A stretch of 64,000 bases of DNA from NCBI GenBank assembly GCA_025594325.1, contig JANHCV010000003.1:868001-932000 (forward strand). Reading direction: 5' to 3'. Below are positions 1 through 12,251 of this stretch, in pieces. Every line of letters begins with the position of its first letter. Within the stretch, counting starts at the first letter, position 1. The position numbers and the translations under genes were made by a program. The DNA comes from Blastocladiella emersonii ATCC 22665. Lineage: Eukaryota > Fungi > Blastocladiomycota. The notes under the pieces were generated by a model. That model was not told the origin of the DNA. It searched no databases and was given only the letters and a program-made list of their open reading frames with translations.

Positions 1-2267
1 GGAGGCGCTGCGACCGGTCCTGCATCTTGTGGTTGATCTCCTCGTACCGCTGGCGGCACTCGATCAGCTCGCCCTCGATGTGCTCGCGCTCGATGCCGGC
101 CTGGTAGCCGTTGTCGATGTTGAGCCACTGCGGCACGCCCGAGAGCGCGTTCGAGACGAGGACCGGGTTGTTGGGGTCACTCGCGTGCGTGCGCACGTTG
201 CAGTACGTGTTGGCCGTCACGTACGACTGCAGCCCGCTGCGCATGACGACCTCGTGGTTGACGTTATCCGCGGGCGAATACGGGATGTTGTTGAGCTGGC
301 GGTTGGTGCACAGGTAGTTCATGACGAACTCGTCGGCGGTGACCATGTCGGCGAGCGTGGTCTCGAACCCGAGCTCGCGCAGCTGCTCGGGCGTGTGCGA
401 GTGGCGAACCTCCCGCATGCGGTGCTGGAACACGGAGATGTCGACGCGGTTCGGGCCGTCGACAAAGTGGTTGGCGAGCAGGTGGTAGTCGTCGGCTTCC
501 TCGACAATGTAGGTGCGCAGCAGGAACGGCACGCCGACGACCGACTCGACGACGTTGAGCCCGCGCTGCTGCTTCGGGGTGAGCTCGAGGATCAGCGGGC
601 CGAAGACGCGGCCCTTGAACTTGTCGGCGTTCTCCTTGACCCAGCGCGCGGCGTAGCCCAGGTTCTGGTCATGCTGGGAGAGCCTCTGGTAGCGGTCGTT
701 ACCGCGCTGGCGGAGCGCGTGGAGCCGCGCCTCGAGCTCGGTCATGGTCGCCCGCGTCCCCTGCTCGAGATTCTCGGCGCTACGGAGATCTTCGTGCGCC
801 TGCGCCGCAGCGAGGCGCGCCTCGGTGAGGCGGTCGTTGATGGGCTGCATCTCGGCCTCGATGCGTGTCTTCTCCTCGGCGTTGGCCTGGACCCGGGCCT
901 CGCAGTCGGCGTACTCGCCCAGGAGGCGCTCGTGCTCGGCACGGTGGCGATCGAGCTTGCCAATGACCGCCGTCTTCTCGTTGCGGTGCTCGACGATCCG
1001 GGCCGAAATGTCGTCGGCGCGCTGCACGAGGCGCTGGTGGGCGGTGCGGAACGTGTCGAGGCGCTTGATGGCGTCGTCGAGCATGCGCGAGGGGTTGACC
1101 ATGGCGCGCTTGAAGTGGTCGGACTGCGAGCGGAGGTGTGCGAGGTCGGCCTCCATGGGCGCAAGCTCCTCGGTGAGCCGCTTCTGCGTGGCCTCGAGGT
1201 CCTGCTTGATGGCGGTGAGCTCGGTAAGGCGCTCGCGGATCTGGTTGTAGCGCGCGATCCACAGCAGCACGCGGGTCAGGGCGGCCTTCTGGCGCATCTG
1301 CGTGCGGTTGCGGATGCGCTGGTACTGGTTCTCGATGGCGCGGTTCTTGTCGACAAGCGTGTCGATCTCGCCCTGCAGGTGGACCACGTTCTACGAGTTA
1401 CGCGCAGCGGAGGTCAGTTTCGGGTCGGGGTCGGGGTCGCGCGACGAACTGCCCCGCAGGTCGTACCTGCTCGAGCTCGTGGACATCCTTGTCGAGGGCG
1501 ATGAGCGTGTCGTGCTTGGCGACCATGTTGGGCGGGCCAGCGGCGTCCTCGACCTTGCGCAGCAGCTCCTCCTCGCTCAGGCCCGCGAGCTCCGAGACCT
1601 TTTCCTGCGGCAGGAACTGGCTATACACGAGCAAGCGAGTAACCGGGTCAGTGAATGGTCGCACTTACACGGACTTCGAGCAAGACGCATCGTACCAGAT
1701 GTTGTCGACCTGGATGCGCAGCGTGTTGAGCTGGGTCTCGACCTGCTTCTGCTTGGCCTTGATGCCGTTGATGAAGAAGGTCGAGACCTTGTGGCCCTTG
1801 TCGATGATGCGCTTGATGACGATCGGGCGGGGCGACTCGCTGCCGCCCGAGAGGTGGATCTCGACCTCGGCCTTGCCGTCGGCCGAGTTGTTGCGCACGT
1901 AGTCCCACACGTCGTTACCGCGGCCCGTCACCTTGGGCGAGCTGGCGAGGCCGACGGCGAGGGCACACACAACGGTCGACTAGACGCAGTCCGCGGCGAT
2001 CAGTCGGCGCTCATGTACGCGGCACGAAATGGCCCGGCCGCACCTTGCCCGTCCCGTTCGGGCCGATGATCATGTTGAGGGCCGGGTGCATCTGGAACTC
2101 GGCATACTGGTAGACCATGAACTCGCGCACGATCACCTTTTTGATCGAGCCGCGGACGAAGCTATGGTCGAGGCAGAGGCAGCGGTCAGATGCTGGTTGC
2201 CGGGCGACGAGGTGTGCAGCGGTGGGGAGTGCGCTTACCCGTCCGCGTCCGTGGAGCGTGGCGCCAT
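1..2267 (-). CDS. SMC5: Structural maintenance of chromosomes protein 5, multi-exon; the 3' part runs off the window
   Basis: Spliced reading gives MAPRSTDADG|FVRGSIKKVIVREFMVY...MIIGPNGTGK|STVVCALAVGL (Walker A), then VDNIC|QFLPQEKV, typical of SMC5, followed by a coiled coil. ATG at 2267. Confidence 0.87.
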
Positions 2268-2579
2268 AGTGGCGGGTCGTTGGAGATCTCCGAAAACGCG
2301 CTCAGGGCCGCGAGTAGCGTGGTTCGCTGCAACAATCGGTTGCGTTGCAGGCAGTGGTGCGCCCGGTAGGCGACGAGAAGCTCCGTGGGTCCCGTCGAGC
2401 GGGGTGCGTGTGGGAGGCTGAGCGGTCGACACGGCGGGCCCGACTCGTCGTTGCTTGCTCGCATCGTGTGACTCACGGTGCCGCGTCCCTCGACCCCTCC
2501 TCGACCCTCGCCCCGAACTCGGCGCCGATCCCCGCTCCCTCGCCTGTCCCCGAAGCAAGGGGATTCCCCACTCGCAACC
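2268..2579. promoter_or_regulatory. Putative bidirectional promoter between SMC5 and FANCI
   Basis: Only 312 bp separate the two divergent start codons (2267 on minus, 2580 on plus). Confidence 0.5.
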
Positions 2580-5500
2580 ATGGAACCTGATGCACCAGAA
2601 CCAACGCAGCGCCACGGCGCCGGGGCCGGAGGCCTGTCCGACTCGCCCGACGCCGCGCTGCTCGCCTACCGCGGATTGCTGGAAGCGCACGCCGCAGACG
2701 GGCCGCACCCGTTGGAGACGCCAGAGGGCGTGTGTCTCATGGAGAACATTCGCTACCACATGACGCTGGCCGGCTTTCCGGAGGTCCGTGTCTCACGCTC
2801 GCCAGCGAAGCAAACGAGCTTGAGCCCAGCCTGACTTCCCCCGCGCGCGACTGCGGGCGGCGAGTGTAGCTCGTCAATCGGCTCCTTACGCACCTCGACT
2901 ACAGCGCGAGCGGTCTGGCCGTCCCGGTGGTGCACAACGGCGAGGATACCGAGGTGGGCCCCATGCCCGTGGAGCTGTACCAGGTGATCCTGACGAGTAC
3001 GCGCTCTTGAGCTGCCGTGAACTGGTTGTATCGGGCGCGGAAACTGATTACTTCCGTCCGTGACCCGCTCAGACCTGGGCGAAACCGAGGACAACCAGAT
3101 CGAGCTCATCAACCTCCTGGCCAACAAGCTCATTCGACGGTACCAGTTATCCTCGCTCGAACTCGTTCTCATCAACTGACCTGACCCTGAATTTGGCTTG
3201 TAGGCTCCGCGACGGGTCGCTTGACAACCAGATCGCCACGCACATCCACACATGTCTCCAAATGTCCCTCACGGGAGCTGGTGCGTTCCGCCGGCCTCCT
3301 GCAGCGCTCAAATCTCGCGCTAACTCGCTTCCCGATACGCTCAGTCGGCCAGCACTTTCTCCAGGTCATGCTGCACATCATCCTGCGCTGCATCAAGAAC
3401 AAGGAGCCGCTCCACCACCGCGCATTCGAGCTGCTCGAGCACCTGATCGAGCGCATTCCGATGCAGACCTTTGACGACGCCGACGCCGACAAGGCCAAGC
3501 CTGCCATGTACGACGCGCCCATCAAGGACATCCTCAAGCACGCGCCGTGGCGCAAGGAGCACTCGATTCCGCTCGCGTCCGTGTTCCGCGAGCTCAACCT
3601 GCCCGAGGAACGGCTCAAGGAGGCCATCCCCGTGCTTTTGAGGTACGCGCGTCCTTCGCATACGCATCGCGCCGTCCATGATCTCTAACCGTGGCTTTTG
3701 TTCTCGATTCGCAGCCAGGTCCCGCACCTCGACGACGGCGACGTGCCTGCGCTCGTCCACAACGTGCTCCTCCTCACCAAGCGTATTGCCTCGGCGCAGT
3801 CGCGTCGCGAGATCTACGAGAAGTTCTCGACCGACTTCTCGGCCATCTCCTTTTCCGACGCGCCCAACTCGCGCTCGGTAGTGTGCATCACCGACATCCT
3901 CGGCCAGATCGGTTCCATTGTCCAGATCGACTTTGTACGTTGAGTTTCGCAGCCGCTAGCATCGATTGACGGCTTACCTTGCGCTCGATTGTACAGGCCA
4001 TCGGCACCGACCTCCTCGCCTACGGCAAGACCCTCAAACGAACCAAACTCACGCCGTTCAACGTCGCCCTGCTGCTCACTGTCTCGCGGACCAAGCGGTT
4101 CGAAAAGGTGCGGTTTTCACTGTCATGTCCGCCATGAAATCACGTCTACTAACCAAATCTGTTACCGAGCAGGGCGCCCTCACCCACCTCAAGCGCGAGA
4201 TCGAGGCCCTCGTCATCCTGCAGCACGAGCTGATGCGGCTCGAGTGGTTCACTGGTACGCCCTTTCGCTTGTCATTGTGTGAGCTGTCCGCTCACGATTT
4301 CCGCACGCCCTGTAGGTTTCTCGCCGTTCCCGATCCCCAACGTCCGCCACGTCCTGGCCGCCGTGATGAAGAGCACCGAGAGCAACTGGTCGCTCCTTGA
4401 ACCGCTCGTCGAGCTCGCATGTGTGCTGCTCGATTCGAGCACCGGCGGCTCGACCGCAACTTCTCCCTCGGCCGCCGCCAAGCTCGCCAACATCCCCGGC
4501 CTCACATTCGACCCGGCGTCGCTGGGCCTCGCGTCGCCGTCGCGGCCGTCCTCGGCGCTCGAGGCCGGAAACCACAGCACCGACGACGACGATGACGATA
4601 TCACGGAGCACATCGGGTACACGCTGGGCCAGGAGATCTTCTTCGAGCTGTTCGGGATGCACGAGCTGGTGCGGACGACGGTGCTCGAGAAGATCCTCGA
4701 CCGCGTCATGAGCAAGTCGCCCGCGACGAGCAGCTACCTCGACCTGCTCGAGCGCATGATCGCGCGCCCGCACCTCGTCATGCCGCAGACGTCGCGGCTC
4801 CGCGGGTTCCTCGACCAGGTGCCGTACCTCGACGGCGCCCTGGCCGTGCGGCTGTTCTGCGTGCTGCTGCCCGTGACGCAGTGGGACGAGAAGTTCCGCG
4901 GCACCGTGATGCTGACCCTGCGCAAGTCGATGCTCAACAAGCGCGAGGACCTGCGCGAACTGGCCATCATCGCGGGCGTGCGGCTGCTCGTCGAGACGCA
5001 GGCCAAGGGGTACGACCCGACGTTCGTGCACGAGGTGATCGGCCTGCTGCGCCGGTGCCTGACGCTGTCGGCGCACCTCAAGCTCGTCTTCTACCAGCAC
5101 CTCGCCGCGTCCGTGTGCCGGTGCCCCGCGCTCGCCGACGTGGTGCTCCCGATCCTCGCGCGCCACCTGCAGCTGTACGTCGACGCGCAGAACAAGCCGC
5201 GGTTCGCCGAGTGCGCGCGGCGCGGCGAGGTCCTCGAGCCGATGCACTGGCTGGTCAAGTGCTGCACGGTCGCGGTCGCGCACGCGACGCCCGGGCTCGA
5301 CGTGGCCAAGGACACGGTGACGCGGATCCGCAAGGTCGCCGACAAGCTCAAGACGCAGGAGCTCGAGGACTTCGGGATCCCGGCCACGTCGCACTACGGG
5401 CCCGGCGGGCCGCAGCAGATGGAGCACTACCACGTGGCCAACATCGCGATCGCCGCGTACGAGGCGGTGCTCGAGTTCCTGATGGTGTCGAGCGCGGGCG

Positions 5501-7414
5501 ACGCCGCGGTGCGCCAGGCGCAGGTGCCGACCATGGAGGCGCTCAACGACCGCATTGAGCGGTTCGCCGACCAGGTGCGCAAGCAGTACCTGGACGCCAA
5601 GGGCAAGAAGAACCCGAACGTGCTGCTGCACGCGGACCTGTGCATCGTCGACCCGCCCGTCCTGCACGAGCTGCACGGGCTGATCAACGCGCACGACCGC
5701 CACCTCGTGCGCAAGCTGGGCATGGCCATGCAGTACTGCCCGACGTCCACGCCCGCGTCGTCGTCACCCGAGCAGCGGCTCAACCTCGCCCGCTTCTTCC
5801 TCGGCATGCTCGACGCGCTGCAGGTCGGCGAGGCCGCCAAGCGCGACAAGAAGGACAAGGCCCGCTCGCTCCCGATGCTCGCCGTCGAGTCGCTCGACAC
5901 GCTCGTCGCCAGCGTGCGCCGGTACGGCGACCTCGACGCGTTCGCGGCCGCGCTCGAGGACCCCCACGGCGCCGGCGCCGGCGCCGGCACCGTGTCGAGC
6001 TTCGCGCGGCTGTGCGCGCGCGTCATCAAGCTGACCGCGACGCTGCTCAGCAACGACTTTGAGAAAGAGGCGCAGGCGGCGTTCAAGTTCCTGCGCAAGG
6101 TACACCCGGTGCTGCGGGCCGAGGCCGACCGCGCGCACGTGTGGGCGGCCCTGCTCGTGCTGCTGGCCGACGAGCCGGCCATGGCGTGCGTGACGGCGCC
6201 GCTCGTCAAGGAGATGACGGCGCTCGGCATCGAGCTCAACTGGCACACGGACACGGTGCGCCCGCTCGACCAGTTCCCGCAGCAGCTGTTCGACGGGTGG
6301 GGCGACCTCAGCCGCCGCGCGCTGCCCGGGTCCGACCCCGCCGCCGACGTGCCCATCTTCCAGGACCCCGACGCCGACGTGTACCCGATCCCGCTCGAGC
6401 GCCCGGGCAACGCCGTGGCCATGTTCACCGCCTCGCTCGCCATGGTCGACCGCGGGCTCCGCGAGATCGAGTGGATCGCGGACGAGTACAAGAGCGAGTT
6501 TCCCAAGGGTACGTTCGCGCGCTCGCGAATCAGCGTGCGGATTTTGGACACTAACACCGCGCTCACATCCCGTAGGCGACGCCGGACTCACCGAGCCGAA
6601 GCGGGACGCGCTGCAGGGCTTCGAGGTGCGGCTCGCGCGGCGCATGGACGTGCTGGTGCGCTCGTACCTGAAGCTGATGCGTCTGACGAGTCCCGCGACG
6701 GTCGTCGAGCCGCTGCTGCGGTCCATGCTGCGCGTGTTCGGCATGCTCACCACGATGCTGCAGATCAAGGCGACGATCCGCACGCGCCCGCACGAGGCGT
6801 TCATCGGCTTGGTCCACCTCGGCAGCATCGTGCACGACTGGGTGCCCTCGGCGCTGCTGCACATGAGCCAGGCCGTCGACCAGCTGCTCGAGAACGCACG
6901 CGAGGCGGCCGAGTCCAAGCTCGCGGGCAAGGCGGCCAAGGGGAAGGGGAAGGGCAAGGCCAAGGCGAGCAAAAACAGCGGCGGGAGCACCTCGGGCGGC
7001 GGTGGAACGAAGCGCCGCGCCAACGGGTCCGTCAAGCGCGACGACGACGAGGAGGAGGACGAGTTTGCCGACGAGGACGCGCGGTCGAGCGTCGCGGGCA
7101 AGCAGCTGAGCCACGAGGGCGACGAGACCATGACGCTCGCGGGCACGGGCGAGCACCAGTCGGCGCTCGTGGCGCGCGCCATCAAGGCGGGCAAGACGTA
7201 CACCAAGCTGTCGGCCGACGTGGTGCAGCGCGCCGAGAAGTTTGACGTCGAGGTCATCAAACTCTCCAAGCTGTTCAAGACGCTGCAAAAATTCATCAAG
7301 CGCAGCGCCGCCAACGACGTCAAGGTCCGCACGCGCGGCATGACCGCGGGCGGGGACGCGGCGGCGGCGGCCGTGGCGCGGCCGAGCAAGCGCGCTCGGT
7401 TCGGCCAGGAGTGA
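2580..7414 (+). CDS. FANCI: Fanconi anemia group I protein homolog, multi-exon
   Basis: The segments DVPALVHNVLLL, LGQEIFFELFGMHELVRTTVLEKILDRV, RGTVMLTLRKSML and FVHEVIGLLRRCL match FANCI solenoid motifs as I recall them. Basic/acidic C-terminal tail; stop at 7414. Confidence 0.85.
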
Positions 7415-7445
7415 GAGTCGAAGGAAGATAGTATTACACCCGTTA

Positions 7446-8772
7446 TCACGCATATGTATAGCCGTTCAGTTGACTCGCGGGCTCGGCGCGCACGATCTTG
7501 CGGAACTTGTGGTCGAGCGAGTGGTGCGCTGTGCGTTCGAGTCGGGCATCGTCAGTCCATCGAATCCGACGAGCGCGGAGCGAAGCGTACCCGTCTTGTG
7601 CGACTTTGCGCGGTAGCACTGCTGGCACAGGTCGGTACCGCGGTCCTCGGGGCAGTCGCGGCACTCGAACCGCGGGCCGACGATGGGGACGACCTTGCAC
7701 ATGTCGCACTACACACTCGCAAACGTCAGTTTCCATCACCTCGCCGTACCGCATCGAACCGTACCTGGTACCCATCATGCACCGCCGCAACGAGCACCTC
7801 CTCGCGCGGCGCCTGGCTGTGCGCCCTGGCACCACCCTTGCGCCGCTTGCTGGACGGCACCACGTCCTCGTCCTCCTGCATACGCACCGTGGGCTGGACG
7901 AGGTACACCTCGCCCGAGACGCGGCCCTGGATGTTGACGCTGACGTTGCCGTTCATGCGCTTCATCTCCTTGATCTTTTTCCGCCGCTCGCGCTCGCGCG
8001 CCGCGCGGTCCTTGCGTTTCCGCGACGCCGGGCTGAGCGGGGGCGAGGCCGGGGCGGCGGCGGCGGTAGGCCGGGGACTCGTCGGGCCCGGCGTGCTGAG
8101 GCGCGAGTCGGTCATGGGCCCGAACGCGCCGTCGAACGGGTCGGCGGCCCGCCGAGGCGGCGCCGGGCGCGGGTGCGTCGCGAGGAGCTGCTCCATGGCG
8201 GCCGCATACGTGTCCTCTTCCTCCTCGCCATCAGCGTCTCGCCGGCGGGACCGCGGGTGGTGGACCGACTACGGCGCGAAGTTTGGGAGGGGTGAGCGAT
8301 GGCCGAGCCACCACGCCGTAAACTGGCGGCAGCGGCGGTGGCTGTACCTGATACGCCTGGACGGGGACGGCGGCGAGCTCGTCGTCGGGGTCGCGGGCGC
8401 GCGGCTGGGCGAGGATCCACTCGAGGCTCGGGACGTGCACGACGTTCTGGGCTTCGGGAATCTGCAGCTTCTACTGGCGCCCAGCATCGGTTAGCGGTTC
8501 ACCCGGACACGGATGGTGAGTGCATGCGGACCCTGGCCTGCAGGTCGCGCACGAACCCGACCGCGTCGTCGTCGAGGCGTCGTCGCAGGTCCGTGAGCTG
8601 TTCGCGGTCGTTCTTGACGGTATTCAGCTGGCGGCGGAGCAGGCCGAGCGCTCGTTCGAGGAGTTCGATACTGAAGCAGCAGAGGGCGCGATGGCCACCA
8701 TCATCAGTGCATGCAGTCGGGCGATGGGCGCGAATTGCGTTCGCACTCTTTCTCAATTGCCCTGGGGTCCAT
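7446..8772 (-). CDS. ZZ-type zinc finger protein, ZZZ3-like (ATAC complex subunit-like)
   Basis: Spliced N-terminus MDPRAIEKD|IELLERALGLLRRQL...GFVRDLQA|..IPEAQNVVHVPSLEW resembles the ZZZ3 conserved block. The C-terminus has a ZZ finger, HDGYQ|CDMCKVVPIVGPRFECRDCPEDRGTDLCQQC...HHSLDH. Confidence 0.65.
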
Positions 8773-8944
8773 GTTGCATCGAGTTACATAAAACTAAAGA
8801 GTCGGATGCATTCGCGGGGGAGAGAGGACGACTCGAGAGGCCATCGGGTCGGCGAAGACGCGGTCACGGCGGCTCGTGAGACACTTCGCCCGGGCTGCGA
8901 GACACTCCGCATTCGTCTTGAGTGCAGCAATTGCGATCCTGTAT

Positions 8945-10655
8945 TCACTTCGAGCCCAACAACTCGACCTTTCGCACATTCCACGCGTCGAGGTCAAACT
9001 CAGGCGCGACCTCGATCTCGTCGCGCGGCCGCCACCAGTCGAGGGCCATGACGAGCAGGACGTCGAGCGCGGCGGCGAGGACAAACAAGATCCCCGCGAC
9101 AGTCCCACCCGTGCGGTACATGGCGAGGCGGTGGACCCACTCGGGTTTCGGCCGCGCAAGCGCGCGGAAGTAGACGCGCTCGAGCCGCGCCGCGACGTCG
9201 GTCCACGAGTACATGTCGCGGACGCGGTGGTGCGTGGCCCACGGATCCCAGTCGCCGTTGCGCACGCGGTCGATGACGGACCCGAGCGCGGCCGCGAGGT
9301 CGGCGGGGTGCGGGCGGTCGCAGAACGTGAGGAGGTCTGCGGGGAGGAGTTCGGGGACGCCGCCGACCTTGGTCGATACGACGTGCAGCCCGGCGCACGC
9401 GGCTTCGACCATGGCGGTGCCGAAGGCTTCGGTCAGCGACGTGTTGACGAAGATCTGGCCCTGCACGAGTGTCTGCCGCACGCCCTCGCCATGCGGGACC
9501 GCGCCGAGCAGCGTCACGCGGTCCTGCAGGATGTGCCGCTCGCGCATCTGCTCGAGGTCGACGCGTTTGGCGCCGTCGCCCGCTACACGTTGGAACGGGT
9601 GGATTGAGATGGCGTGGTTGGGTTGGGTGGGTGGGGAGAGCGTACCGATGATGAAGCGCACGTCCGGGTGCTGCGCGCACACGAGCGGGATGACGCGGGC
9701 GAGGAGGTCGGCGCCCTTGTTGTACACGAGGCGCGTGACGCTGACGATGGTGACTACGGATGTACGGGTTAGGATTCGGTCTACCCACGAGCACACACAG
9801 TGAACGTACTCCAGTCGCGGTCCACCTTGGTCGGATCCGGCCGAAACTGGTCGACGATGACGGCGTTGGGGATGACCGAGACGGCGTGCGGGATGAGCGA
9901 CGCGCGGAGCACGGTATTCTCGCGCGACGTGTGGCTGACGCACACGACGTGGTCGACGTCCGACAGGACAAACTTGAGCACCTTGTTGATGGCGATCGCG
10001 CCGACGTCCTTGAACCCGTACAGCGAGTGGTCGGTGAAGCACGCCGACAGCCCCATTGTCCTCGCGTGCAGGATGGACTCGAGGCAGAGCGCCGAGAAGG
10101 CCTGGTGGCCGTGGACCACGTCGATCTGCTCGCGCACGACGATCTCGCGGAACACGGGCAGGCTCCCGTAGATGGTCGGCAGCGAGGCCTGCGACGGGAA
10201 CGTGATCTGCGGGATGTAGTAGACCTTGAGCCCGTTGGTCAGCCACCGGATCCCGGCGCGCGTCGTCGGCGTGCCGTCGGGGAGGCGGTCCCCCGAAACG
10301 TCCTCGCGCGAGTACGTGTGCGTCAGGATCACCACCTTGTGGCCGAGCTGGATCAGCTCCTGCGCGATGCAGTACAGGTGGCTCTCGATGCCGCCGACGT
10401 TGGGGAAGAAGAAGTCGGACACGAGGCTACGGGTCGCACGGTCAGGATGCTGGACGCGCGCGAGGTACGGCAGTGCAGGTCTAGATACCCTCAGTCCTAC
10501 CAGATGCGCAGACGTCGCCTTGGCTGCTGCTCCTGCGGCGGGATGCTCCCTTGCGACGAGGCCGACGAGGCCGCGAGAGACGCGGCGGGCGACGAAGCGG
10601 CGTGGCTCATCTCATTGCGGGCACTGTGGGCTGGGTGCCGTGACTCTTGCTCCAT
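8945..10655 (-). CDS. PIGA: Phosphatidylinositol N-acetylglucosaminyltransferase catalytic subunit (PIG-A/Spt14/Gpi3)
   Basis: RIC|LVSDFFFPNVGGIESH, HGHQAFS, FTDHSLYGF, NTSLTEAFG..VEAAC, STKVGGVPE, and a C-terminal TM helix. The start is either 10655 or 10615. Confidence 0.95.
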
Positions 10656-10861
10656 GATTTCATTCGTGACGGGGAGGAGCAGGATAGCGACGGCGGCCGC
10701 GAAGCAGGCGCACGCGGTGCCCGCGAACCGGCGCGTCGTCGGCGCGGGTGAACGGCCGATCCGCACGGCGCTTCATGACTCGGCCTATCACCGGCCGCGC
10801 TCGGAACATCCGTGGGTCGACGCGTCTGCGACCACCGTGGCCAGCAGGCAGCCGGGCCGCG

Positions 10862-10869
10862 TATAAAAG
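10862..10869 (+). promoter_or_regulatory. TATA box upstream of the imidazolonepropionase gene
   Basis: TATAAAAG in GC-rich context, about 60 bp before ATG 10923. Confidence 0.55.
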
Positions 10870-10922
10870 GTGCGGCCGGCCCCGGTCCTCTCGCTCCCCA
10901 ACACCCAAACGGATCAACAACC

Positions 10923-12251
10923 ATGACATCGCACGCCCAGCCCGAGTTCCTCGTCGCGTCGCCGGCGCCGGCCGCGGGCACGACGTTCCGCACGCTGTTC
11001 GCCAAGGCGGCCGAGATCGTGAGCGTGTGCGCTGGTGGCGAGCCGTTCAAGACGGGCAAGGGCATGGACTCGCTGGCGACGTTCAAGGACGCGTCGCTGC
11101 TCGTCGGCGGCGACGGCCGCATCGTGTTCGTTGGCCCGCACGCGCACCTCGAGGCGCAGCCGTGGTGGCCCGGGTCGACGGTCGAGACGACGGTCGAGTG
11201 CACCGGCAAGTCGCTGGTGCCCGGTTTTGTCGACGGGCACACGCACCCGGTGTTTGCGGGCGACCGCGTGCACGAGTTTGCGCTCAAGCTCGCGGGCGCG
11301 ACGTACCTCGACATCCACAAGGCGGGCGGCGGGATCGGGTTCACGGTGACGCACACGCGCGCCGCGTCCGAGGACCAGCTGTTTGCCGACCTGCAGCAGC
11401 GCATCACGCGCATGACGCGCGCCGGCACGACCTACGTCGAGGCCAAGTCGGGCTACGGGCTCGACCCGGCGACCGAGGTCAAGATGCTGCGTGTCCTGAC
11501 GCGGCACAACCGGTCGGCGCACCCGACCAAGGTCAGCGTCACGTACCTGGGCGGGCACTCGGTGCCCAAGAACAAGTCGCTGGCCGACTACACGCGCGAG
11601 ATCCTCGAGGAGCAGATCCCGGCGATTTTGCGCGAGGTGGAGGCGGGCACGGTGCACGTCGACAACATTGACGTGTTCTACGAGAAGGGCGTGTTCGAGC
11701 GCGAGGAGACGGTGGCGGTGCTCAAGCGCGGGCGCGAGCTCGGGTGGGCCATCAACTTCCACGGCGACGAGCTGCACCCGATGGACTCGGGCGACGTGGG
11801 CGTGCAGGTGGGCGCGCGCGCCATCTCGCACCTCGAGGAAGTGAGCGAGCCCGACATGGCGCTCATGGCCAAGCACCACATCTTCGCCACGCTGCTGCCG
11901 ACGACCGCGTACGTGCTGCGCATCGCACCGCCGCCCGCGCGCAAGCTGATTGACACGGGGGTGCCCGTCGCGCTCGGGTCCGACTTCAACCCGAACGCGC
12001 ACTGCCTGTCGATGCCGCACGTCATGAACCTGGCGTGCGTCAACATGCGGCTGACGATGAACGAGGCGCTCGTGGCGGCCACCATCAACTCGGCGGCCTC
12101 GCTGCACCAGGAAAAGGACCGCGGGTCGCTTGAGCCGGGCAAGCTCGCGGACGTGGTGGTCGTGGGCCACACCGACTGGCGCCACCTCATCTACGAGATG
12201 GTCGACCCGCCCGTCGAGGCCGTGTACATCCAGGGCGCCAAGGTGTACTGA
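10923..12251 (+). CDS. AMDHD1: Imidazolonepropionase (HutI/AMDHD1 family amidohydrolase), intronless
   Basis: PGFVDGHTHPVFAGDRVHEF, EAKSGYGL, DNIDVFYEKGVF, NFHGDELHP, ISHLEE, LLPTTAY, ALGSDFNPNA, ATINSA, GSLEPGKLAD. Start at MTSHAQ. Confidence 0.95.
   Translation: MTSHAQPEFLVASPAPAAGTTFRTLFAKAAEIVSVCAGGEPFKTGKGMDSLATFKDASLLVGGDGRIVFVGPHAHLEAQPWWPGSTVETTVECTGKSLVPGFVDGHTHPVFAGDRVHEFALKLAGATYLDIHKAGGGIGFTVTHTRAASEDQLFADLQQRITRMTRAGTTYVEAKSGYGLDPATEVKMLRVLTRHNRSAHPTKVSVTYLGGHSVPKNKSLADYTREILEEQIPAILREVEAGTVHVDNIDVFYEKGVFEREETVAVLKRGRELGWAINFHGDELHPMDSGDVGVQVGARAISHLEEVSEPDMALMAKHHIFATLLPTTAYVLRIAPPPARKLIDTGVPVALGSDFNPNAHCLSMPHVMNLACVNMRLTMNEALVAATINSAASLHQEKDRGSLEPGKLADVVVVGHTDWRHLIYEMVDPPVEAVYIQGAKVY

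Noticed and set aside
29-1504. Long ORFs antisense to real genes (e.g. 29-1504 +, 4249-5703 -, 23393-25552 -, 44964-46304 -, 51966-53699 -, 57371-58921 -)
   Set aside because: These are shadow ORFs caused by GC3-biased codon usage on the opposite strand. They have no recognisable motifs and overlap clear family genes.
2940-2952. GTATCCT, a U12-type donor-like motif on the minus strand
   Set aside because: It is antisense to FANCI and not at a splice junction of any gene model. The introns I traced are ordinary GT-AG.
7530-7545. GTTCGAGTC, a tRNA T-loop-like motif
   Set aside because: It lies within the ZZZ3-like locus, with no cloverleaf stems or A-box around it.
10923-12251. Possible bacterial horizontal transfer of the intronless hutI
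   Set aside because: The motifs match the eukaryotic AMDHD1 type, codon usage is host-like, and other native genes here also lack introns.
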